A stretch of 64,000 nt of DNA, taken from an uncultured Verrucomicrobiota bacterium (lineage in GTDB: Bacteria; Verrucomicrobiota; Verrucomicrobiia; Limisphaerales; UBA1319). The notes beneath the pieces were generated by a model, which was not told where the DNA came from, did no database searches, and saw only the letters and a list, made by a program, of their open reading frames with translations. Shown piece by piece: positions 49,899 to 57,366 of this stretch (its first letter is position 1; every line of letters begins with the position of its first letter). Location: NCBI GenBank assembly GCA_964409245.1, contig CAYPCQ010000017.1, positions 21,765 to 85,764 of the forward strand, given 5' to 3'. A program made the position numbers and the translations under genes.

Positions 49899-51080
49899 AT
49901 GCCATATGCCATTACAGATGAAAGAAGAAGCCTGTATCGAGCAACTTCCATCAAAGCCCGGCTCCGCAAGGAACAGGCTCTTTCTGAGACTGGTTTGCAT
50001 CCGATTCACGATATCAATGTGCCGCAATTAGATCCAGGAACACTGATGCCTGTTCAGCCGGCCAACGGATTGACATCTTTATCGCTATTCAGCGGTGGCG
50101 GGGGACTGGATCTTGGTTTCGAGAGAGCCGGATTCATCCAGGGCGGATCCTATGAGTTGCTGACGGTTTGCGGAGAGACTTTAAAAGCTAACAGGCCATC
50201 TTGGGATGTTCATTCAGGTGAATCCGGGGATGTCATTGGCAAAGATTGGTCGCCCTACAAAGGCAAGATCGATGTTATGCATGGAGGCCCTCCTTGCCAG
50301 CCTTTTTCAATCGCAGGGCACCAACGGGGTCCGGAAGATGAAAGGAATATGTGGCCCGAATTCGTGCGTGCCGTATTGCAGATCGAACCTGAGTGTTTTG
50401 TGGCGGAGAATGTCCTCGGCTTGCTGGATCCAAAGTTCCAAACCTTTGTTTCAGAGTTTATCGAAAGGCCGCTTGCCCACCGATACTCCGTAATCAGGTT
50501 TGTTTTGTCCGCCGAGTCTTTTGGTGTCCCACAGATCAGAAAACGGGTCTTTTTTGTCGGTTTCCGCGACAAAGCCAAGGCGCGGCACTTTTCAATCCCA
50601 AATCCCACCCATGCACTTCCCGGCGAATTTCCTTTGGGCTTGCGGACGCTCTTGGGCGCCCGTGAAGCCTTGGGCCTGAAAAACATTGGATTCGACTGTT
50701 CTGCTCCCACGCTTAGATCAGGTTTCACCGGGCCGCGGAACACGACGGGTGTGGTCAACAGCCAAGCATCGTCCCTGGTTTGGGCGAGGCTGGAGATTTG
50801 GCCAAACGGCGTCCAAGCCGACAGGATCTCCGCACGCAATTTTCCCACCGAAAACGGTCATTTCCGCCTTTCCGTTCCGGACTGTGCCATTCTCCAAGGT
50901 TTCCCGGAAGATTGGAAATTCCAAGGAGCTGTATATAAGGCACTTGGGCAAATCGGCAATTCGGTTTGTCCCCCAGTCGCATTTCATCTTGCACTGGCGG
51001 TTGCTTGTGCTTTGATGGCCGGCAATGGCAGTCCAAGACGACCAAAGAGAGACCGAAATCCGCAACTTGCTGGAACTTAA
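49899..51080 (+). CDS. DNA (cytosine-5)-methyltransferase
   Basis: Motif I LFSGGGGLDLGF, motif IV GGPPCQPFS, motif VI ENV, motif VIII QIRKRVFFVG, motif X GNSVCPPVA. The alternative ATG at 50046 would remove a ~49-aa N-terminal extension. Confidence 0.93.
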   Translation: MPYAITDERRSLYRATSIKARLRKEQALSETGLHPIHDINVPQLDPGTLMPVQPANGLTSLSLFSGGGGLDLGFERAGFIQGGSYELLTVCGETLKANRPSWDVHSGESGDVIGKDWSPYKGKIDVMHGGPPCQPFSIAGHQRGPEDERNMWPEFVRAVLQIEPECFVAENVLGLLDPKFQTFVSEFIERPLAHRYSVIRFVLSAESFGVPQIRKRVFFVGFRDKAKARHFSIPNPTHALPGEFPLGLRTLLGAREALGLKNIGFDCSAPTLRSGFTGPRNTTGVVNSQASSLVWARLEIWPNGVQADRISARNFPTENGHFRLSVPDCAILQGFPEDWKFQGAVYKALGQIGNSVCPPVAFHLALAVACALMAGNGSPRRPKRDRNPQLAGT

Positions 51081-51720
51081 GCCAGGTTTGGGGCGGGCTG
51101 ACGTTGACGCCTTTTTTGAGGATATTAGCGGCGGGGAAAAAATAGTGGTTCCAGTTGAACTCAAATCCACCACCACAAAATCTGTCTCAACCGCGCGGGA
51201 TGTGGGGATGGAACATATCAAGAAATGGCGGGAAAGGGCATGGGTGATCGGTTTCTATGATTCCTCGGGGAAGACCTTGCTACAGGTTTTATGCCTAACC
51301 AGCGTCCAGCTTGAACCTTGGATAAAAAAAACCGAAGATTGCATTGCTCCAGATTTCCTGATTGGCAGCAAGGCCGCCGAGAAGCTCACCATGCTTGATT
51401 TGCTGACTGTATGCGGGCGCAAGGCCTTTTATACATTGGAGGATGCTAAACGAATCCATAAGAAACAATGGAGCCAGAAAACGTATCTGAAGGAAATGGA
51501 TTTTCCTGACGGTTATTCTCTAGAAAAAATGTTGTCGATTCTGCGGTTGCGATGCCTTTATCTCAACCAAAGGGGATCGACACTTAATAATCCGCACATT
51601 CCTGCCGAGTTCTTGAAACAGTTCAAAGACGTCGCTTTGTCCGTCGAAAAAACCAGCCGGAAAGACTTGTTACGTTCCGCTCGGGCCATCTTTTTAGAGC
51701 AAGCCAAACGCTCATTATGA
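51025..51720 (+). CDS. putative type II restriction endonuclease (PD-ExK candidate) cognate to the C5 methyltransferase
   Basis: 231-aa ORF overlapping the methyltransferase 3' end by 56 nt (or 14 nt if TTG 51067 is used). Contains VDAFFEDISGGEKIVVPVELK (D...ExK). Markedly lower GC (spot counts 35-48%). No family recognised by eye. Confidence 0.5.
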   Translation: MAVQDDQRETEIRNLLELKPGLGRADVDAFFEDISGGEKIVVPVELKSTTTKSVSTARDVGMEHIKKWRERAWVIGFYDSSGKTLLQVLCLTSVQLEPWIKKTEDCIAPDFLIGSKAAEKLTMLDLLTVCGRKAFYTLEDAKRIHKKQWSQKTYLKEMDFPDGYSLEKMLSILRLRCLYLNQRGSTLNNPHIPAEFLKQFKDVALSVEKTSRKDLLRSARAIFLEQAKRSL

Positions 51721-51834
51721 TTCGGCCCTGGACGCCAGCTTGGAATTGTTTTGCCTCACCGAGGTTTATTCCGGAATCAAGATAAGAATGCGAATCGGAA
51801 ATCAAGACGCTGTGGGTGTCCGCTTTTTTGCGTA

Positions 51835-51849
51835 TTTGGCAGTGCCAAA
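51835..51849. promoter_or_regulatory. perfect palindrome TTTGGCA-G-TGCCAAA upstream of the zinc-ribbon membrane protein
   Basis: 7-1-7 inverted repeat, about 67 nt upstream of ATG 51916. Confidence 0.4.
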
Positions 51850-51915
51850 CCGCAAGACCGCTGGATCGTTCTTTTTGGCATCAGCGCCACAACACCCGAT
51901 AAGAAACTCGACGCG

Positions 51916-52818
51916 ATGGATGGAGAATTCAAATTCGCCTGTCCGGCCTGCGGCCAGCGCATTGCCTGCGACGCCGGGCAAGCCGGGTTGAACACCCGGT
52001 GCCCTGCCTGCCAGGAAGTGCTGGCGGTGCCTGATCTTGGACTGCCCGCCATGGAGGCGTCCCGAGCGGAACCTGGCTCGTTCCCGGCAAGACGGGCGGG
52101 CCGGAGTGCTTGGATAAGCCTGGCAGCGGGCTTGGGGATCGCTTTTCTGGCGGCGAGGTTTCCTTTTTTGGGATGGGTTTTCCATTACCTCGGGACGATC
52201 ATCCACGAACTTGGGCATTGGGTGGTTCTGCTGCTGTTCGCCTACCCCTCAGTGCCCGTCTTCCATTTCGTGGAGGGGGGGGCCACCGTGAGTTTTTCCC
52301 GTATGCCCTTGCTGCTGCTGGCGGCCTATGGGGCCTGGATTCACATGCTCTGGCGGAACCGGGGCCACCGGCCGGCGCTGGTTGGGCTGGGTGGCCTATT
52401 CGCGGGTTACGTTTTTATGGCCCATACCGGACTCGACAAGCTGGCCGCCCTGGCGGCGGGGTATGCTGCCCAGCTATTGGTAGCCGGGGTATTCCTCTAC
52501 CGTGCCTGGGCCAGGGCGGCAATCCTGGCCGCGATGGAACGTCCACTTTATGCCGCTCTGGGTTTTCACATGGTGGGCGTGCAACTGGCTTTTGCCTTCA
52601 GTGTCCTGTGGGATGGCGCCGCCCGAAATGCCTATATCCACCGCGAGGATGTGGTCAATGACTTCGTAGAACTGCAAAACCAGGCCGGTGTATCTCTGGA
52701 CCTCTCACTGGCTGTAATTCTGGTGTGCGCCATGGCCGTGCCGGCCCTCAGCTTCCTGGCCTTCCGTTACCAGGCCTGGTGGTCAGGCAAATTCCAGCAA
52801 CTGGTTGGGCGGGCCTGA
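51916..52818 (+). CDS. membrane protein with N-terminal zinc ribbon and HExxH (peptidase M50B-like) core
   Basis: MDGEFKFACPACGQRIACDAGQAGLNTRCPACQEVL (CPxC...CPxC), then IIHELGHWVVLL inside a TM segment followed by VEGGATVS, similar to M50B-like proteins. Contains 5-6 TMs. Confidence 0.6.
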   Translation: MDGEFKFACPACGQRIACDAGQAGLNTRCPACQEVLAVPDLGLPAMEASRAEPGSFPARRAGRSAWISLAAGLGIAFLAARFPFLGWVFHYLGTIIHELGHWVVLLLFAYPSVPVFHFVEGGATVSFSRMPLLLLAAYGAWIHMLWRNRGHRPALVGLGGLFAGYVFMAHTGLDKLAALAAGYAAQLLVAGVFLYRAWARAAILAAMERPLYAALGFHMVGVQLAFAFSVLWDGAARNAYIHREDVVNDFVELQNQAGVSLDLSLAVILVCAMAVPALSFLAFRYQAWWSGKFQQLVGRA

Positions 52819-52892
52819 GCTGAAGGCGATTCAGTGAGAAACGTTCCGTTTTGCATTGAGGCAATATGTTAAATGGGGTTTCGGCGGCGCTT

Positions 52893-55013
52893 TCACGGCA
52901 AAGCCATGACCTGGAAAAAGGCCTGGCTTGAGGATTTGTTCACCAAAGCCCGTTTTTGCCTGTTGGTGGCGGTGACGGTGGCAACGGTTTCCCAAAGGCT
53001 GCCCAACGATTCGGCCCTTTGGATTTCGTATTTTACGCCCGGGGCGCTTTGAAAATATAACGGGAATTGACCGGCTTCAATAGGCGTTTTATCGGCATCC
53101 GCTAATTCACCCGGTTTGGGTTCGCTTTCCATCACCAATACTGAAGAGGGATCAGCAGGATCGGTTCGTGACCGGAACTCGGCCAGGTTGTTCACTCCAT
53201 CCAGGTCGGGATCGTCGGTTTCGCGAATCGCATCCGGGTATCTGCCCATCAACCCAATTACCTGAACCCATTCCGGGTAGGCAGGTGACCATAGTTGAGC
53301 GGGGCGGCCAGCCAAGGCCGGACCCCAGCCGCCCGTCCCTGAACGATAAAAGATGGTGGCCTGGGTGTCTCCAAAGCAGTTGGATTCAGCCCGTGGGGCG
53401 TTGCCCTCGCAGCAGACTCGCGACAGGTTCAAACAACCAGAGAAAGCGCCAAATCCGATGTTGGTTACGCCGTTGGGGATCAGGACCGTGGTCAGGCTGG
53501 CACAGCTGGCAAAAGCCAGAAAACCAATGCTGGTGGCACGATTAGGTAGCTGGACGGTGGCCAGGCTTGTGCAGTGATAGAAGGTGGTGTCGCCAATGTT
53601 GGGGACATTGTTGGGGATGATGATTTTAACCAGGCTGGTGCAACCATTGAAGGCTGAGTTTCCAAGATTGGCAACACTGTCGGGGAGGGAGATGTTGGCC
53701 AGGCTGGCGCAGTCGGAGAAGGCGGCGATGCCCAGGGATGCCACACCTTTGGAGAGGGTGACGTTGGTAAGGCCCGTGCAACCCGCGAAGGCCGAAGCGC
53801 CGATACTGGCCACGCTGCCGGGGATCAGGATTTGGTTCAGGCTGGCGCAGCCGGAGAAGGCGGCGGCGCCCAGGGATGCCACACCTTTGGAGAGGGCGAC
53901 GTTGGTAACGCCCGTGCAACCCGCAAAGGCCGAAGCGCCGATGCTGGCCACGCTGCCGGGGATCAAGATTTGGGTCAGGCTGGCGCAATCCGCAAAAGCG
54001 TATTGGCCAAGGTTGGTGACGCTGCCCGGAATAGTGACGCCCGCCAGGCGGGTGCAGCCGGATAGAGCCTTTTGGCCGATGCTCAGGACGCCGTCAGGAA
54101 TCGCGATATCGGCCAGGCGAGAGCAGTCTCCGAAAGCGGAGTTGCCGATGTGGGTCACCCCTCGGGGGATGGTGACGTGCAGCAGGCTCGTGCAGCCGAA
54201 GAAAACCGCATCGCCAATTATTGGCAGACGATTGGGCAGGGTGATCCGGTTCAAACTGGTGCAGCCGCCAAACGCATAATAGCCGATATTCAGCACACTG
54301 TCCGGGAAGCTGATTCCGGCCAGGCTTGTGCAGTAGGCGAAGGCGTTGCTGCCGATGGTGCTCACGCCTTTGCCAAGGGCGGCCGTGGCCAGGTGGTAAC
54401 AGCCAAGAAACGCGGAGTCCCCAATATTGGTTACGCTGTCGGGAATCGCGATGCTGGTTATGCCCAGGCAGCTGGCGAACGAATTGGGGCCGATGGTTAA
54501 AACACCGTTCGGGATTGCATAATTCCCGGATTTCCCCAGAGGGAATTTAAGGAGCATTGTCAGGCTTGGGTTGTATAACACACCATTCAGGCTGTGAAAA
54601 AACGGATTCAGTGGATTGGTGGAAAATGCCGTCAAGTTGGTGCAGCCGGAGAAGGCAGTCGGTTCAATGGCGGCCACGCCGCTGCCGAGCATAATATTGG
54701 CCAGGCTGGTGCAGCCAAGAAAGGCGCCATGCCGGATGCTGGTGACGCTATTAGGGATGGTGATTTGGGACATGCTGGTACTGGCATAAAATGCGAAATC
54801 CCCGATCGAGGTCACCGGCAGGCCCGTTATGGTTTCCGGAATGACTGGGTCGGTGGCTGATCCCGCATAACCAGTGATAATCACCTCGCCACCGCTTTGG
54901 TCATAAAAGAAATCACCGAATTGGGCGGAATGCAGGGCTGCCGGCGGGGAGAAAAGCAGCAAGGCGGACAAAATCCCCGGCGCACCAGCGCACTGGACTA
55001 CTTGGTGGAACAA
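52893..55013 (-). CDS. BspA-like leucine-rich-repeat surface protein
   Basis: 706 aa with a signal peptide. About 20 repeats of IPxSVTxIGxxAFxGCxSLxxV (about 23 aa each). The C-terminal DPDLDGVNNLAEF segment resembles a calcium-binding motif. Confidence 0.85.
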   Translation of the reverse strand: MFHQVVQCAGAPGILSALLLFSPPAALHSAQFGDFFYDQSGGEVIITGYAGSATDPVIPETITGLPVTSIGDFAFYASTSMSQITIPNSVTSIRHGAFLGCTSLANIMLGSGVAAIEPTAFSGCTNLTAFSTNPLNPFFHSLNGVLYNPSLTMLLKFPLGKSGNYAIPNGVLTIGPNSFASCLGITSIAIPDSVTNIGDSAFLGCYHLATAALGKGVSTIGSNAFAYCTSLAGISFPDSVLNIGYYAFGGCTSLNRITLPNRLPIIGDAVFFGCTSLLHVTIPRGVTHIGNSAFGDCSRLADIAIPDGVLSIGQKALSGCTRLAGVTIPGSVTNLGQYAFADCASLTQILIPGSVASIGASAFAGCTGVTNVALSKGVASLGAAAFSGCASLNQILIPGSVASIGASAFAGCTGLTNVTLSKGVASLGIAAFSDCASLANISLPDSVANLGNSAFNGCTSLVKIIIPNNVPNIGDTTFYHCTSLATVQLPNRATSIGFLAFASCASLTTVLIPNGVTNIGFGAFSGCLNLSRVCCEGNAPRAESNCFGDTQATIFYRSGTGGWGPALAGRPAQLWSPAYPEWVQVIGLMGRYPDAIRETDDPDLDGVNNLAEFRSRTDPADPSSVLVMESEPKPGELADADKTPIEAGQFPLYFQSAPGVKYEIQRAESLGSLWETVATVTATNRQKRALVNKSSSQAFFQVMALP
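53731..54006. repeat. 138-bp tandem duplication (2 copies) within the LRR gene
   Basis: Copies start at 53731 and 53869 (CCCAGGGATGCCACACCTTTGGAGAGGG...) and differ at only a handful of positions. They encode LxQILIPGSVASIGASAFAGCTG[VL]TNV[AT]LSKGVASLG[AI]AAFS twice. Confidence 0.85.
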
Positions 55014-55121
55014 ATTTATCTCCAGTTCATAATAACGAACGCTGCAAGTCAGAACCTTGCGTCCGATGATGGGTTATGCCATTTCACATTGATCCTCGAT
55101 CCCATAGACCTCTTCCCCTGA

Positions 55122-57278
55122 CTAACTGCTCCGGTATAAGATCAAGCCCGTGACGCAGTTGAGCAGGGCCACCACCAGGCAGACCTGGGCAAATCCCAGC
55201 AGCGGCACCAGAAGGGCGCCGGAAAACAAAGCCCCAAGGCTGGCTCCCAGGAGATCCGCGGAATAGAGTTCCGAGCCGGTTTCAGCGCCGTTTTTGAACC
55301 GCCAGCGTGAGGCCAGGGGGAATTGCATGCCCGCCGTCACGCCAACCGCCAAGGTGAGCGCGTAGAATACCAGTCCGGCAAAGGTGGTGAGGTTGCCAGA
55401 GAAAAATCCGCCACTGGCGATGTTTAATCCCCAAGGGATCAGCAATGCCAAGCCGGCGAGCAGAAACACGGTTTGGGTCAATTTGGTTTTTTCCCTGCCT
55501 GGGGCCAGGCGGTTGGCGAAAATTGAACCCAAGGCCAGGCCGGCCATGAAAATGGCCACCATGAATCCGAGGTGTTGGTAAATGGATCCGAACCTGAGCT
55601 GATAGCCCAGCAGCAAAATGAATTGCAGCGTGGAAGCGCTAAAACCTGAGGTGAAAAGGGCCAGGGAATGGGCCTTCAGTTTTGAAACAAAAAAGGCCAA
55701 AAAAACAACCAGCAGGGCTTCGATCAAGCCGAGCCGGTATTTGAACTCACTCATCCACATCCATAACGAATAAAAATATAGAATGGGATTACCATCCCGG
55801 TTGATGGATGCTGGTTGCAACACGGCCCGGTCCATATCCGCCAGACGGTCCGGGCCAAGCATGGCTGCCAGGTAGCTCGGGGAGAGGCAGCGGGTGGGAA
55901 TTTGTTTCTGGCCCGCCAAGCTTTGGATGTTCCGGTTCAGCGGAGTGTCGGACGCCAGGAAAAACACCCTGCTGGCTGGCAAAACCACAACGTTTGAAAA
56001 CACCAATTTGGTGGTGTGGTAAACCACCGCCAAGGTTCGGGCCAATTCCGGACTGATGGCATTTTCATAAAGGCCCACGGAGAAGGACAGCAGGCCATCT
56101 GGATTCAACGATTTGCGGACAGCTTGAAAGAATTCATACGTGAAAAAACGATTCAATTGGGCGGTAGTGGGCGAAGGCAAATCGAGGATCACCGCATCGT
56201 AGCGCTGTGGATTGTTTTGCAGAAACCAGCGCCCGTCGGTTTGGACCACATGCAACCGCGGATCGGCAAAACTGGCGGGGAAATATTGCCGCCTCAATTG
56301 AAGCAACACCGGGTCCAGTTCCACGCAGGTCAAGTGATCGATGGGATGTTTCAAGATTTCCTGGGCGGTCCGGGAAAAACCGCCACCCACCAGCAGCACC
56401 TCGCGGAACTGCGAACGCTGAAGGAGGGGAAAGTGGGCGTTTTCTTCCGCTTCCTCGAGGCCAGCCTGAGTGGAGGCTGGCATTTCATTTTCGTAAAGAT
56501 TGATCTGGCCCTCCATTTCAGTGGCAATGAGACGTCCGTAGGGGGAGTTGCCGTGGAACAGGATTCGCTGGCCTGGGAATTGCCTCCGGGTGGACCAGGC
56601 GTCCAGATCGAATTTCATGGATACGAAACCCAGAACACAGGCGGTGAGCAGGATCAATGCGCAGGCTGGATAACTTCGTTTGTGGATACCAAGCAGGCTG
56701 GCACAAGCCAGGTTCAGGCTGGCTGGCAGGTAAAGTAGTTGGATATGGTCACCCAGCTGGACCAGGATCACACTGAACAACAATCCGCCAGCGATGCTTC
56801 CCAAGCTGTCCGCCGCGTAGACATCAGCCAGGCCTGCCACACCTGCCTGTTTAGCCAGCAAGCCAAAGGCCAGGGTAAGCATAAAGCCGGAGATCACACA
56901 AAATGGCAGCAGCAAAACCAAGGCTGCCTGGATGGTTTCCCCCGGGCCAACCGCCGCCCCGGGGGTGAACACCACATTTTTCAAGATCCGCAAGGCCAGG
57001 ACTTGCAGGAAGGGAATCCAACTGATCAACCATTGACCCGCGATAAACGAGCGCCAATTCAGAAAACACCCACTGCCCAGGCGGCCCAGCCAGGCGCCCG
57101 CGCCGGTCAATAAAAACCAGCTGCCCAATACGATTCCAAGCACCATTTCGTTGCCATGAAAGGCGCTCAGCATTTCCCGCGTCAAAACCAATTGCGCAAA
57201 GACCGCCGACAGGCCAAGAACCAGCACACTTAGCCAGATGAGCCAGGCATCAACACGCGGGTGGCTCGCGAAGTTCAT
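55122..57278 (-). CDS. fused polytopic membrane / spermidine-synthase-like (aminopropyltransferase fold) protein
   Basis: 718 aa with N- and C-terminal multi-TM blocks. The central VLLVGGGFSRTAQEILKH...CVELDP...YDAVILDLPSP matches the SpeE-type fold. Confidence 0.8.
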   Translation of the reverse strand: MNFASHPRVDAWLIWLSVLVLGLSAVFAQLVLTREMLSAFHGNEMVLGIVLGSWFLLTGAGAWLGRLGSGCFLNWRSFIAGQWLISWIPFLQVLALRILKNVVFTPGAAVGPGETIQAALVLLLPFCVISGFMLTLAFGLLAKQAGVAGLADVYAADSLGSIAGGLLFSVILVQLGDHIQLLYLPASLNLACASLLGIHKRSYPACALILLTACVLGFVSMKFDLDAWSTRRQFPGQRILFHGNSPYGRLIATEMEGQINLYENEMPASTQAGLEEAEENAHFPLLQRSQFREVLLVGGGFSRTAQEILKHPIDHLTCVELDPVLLQLRRQYFPASFADPRLHVVQTDGRWFLQNNPQRYDAVILDLPSPTTAQLNRFFTYEFFQAVRKSLNPDGLLSFSVGLYENAISPELARTLAVVYHTTKLVFSNVVVLPASRVFFLASDTPLNRNIQSLAGQKQIPTRCLSPSYLAAMLGPDRLADMDRAVLQPASINRDGNPILYFYSLWMWMSEFKYRLGLIEALLVVFLAFFVSKLKAHSLALFTSGFSASTLQFILLLGYQLRFGSIYQHLGFMVAIFMAGLALGSIFANRLAPGREKTKLTQTVFLLAGLALLIPWGLNIASGGFFSGNLTTFAGLVFYALTLAVGVTAGMQFPLASRWRFKNGAETGSELYSADLLGASLGALFSGALLVPLLGFAQVCLVVALLNCVTGLILYRSS

Positions 57279-57366
57279 AAACTCGGATTCTGTCCGGGGA
57301 TCTAAATCGTTTTTTTGGTTTTATTAAGATTACGGAGCTGTCAAACCGTTTAAACCGGGCGCAGTT

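Noticed and set aside
53000-54900. Highly periodic repeats that could be mistaken for a CRISPR or satellite array
   Set aside because: The periodicity is the ~69-nt LRR unit of an intact 706-aa ORF. There is no repeat-spacer structure and there are no cas genes.
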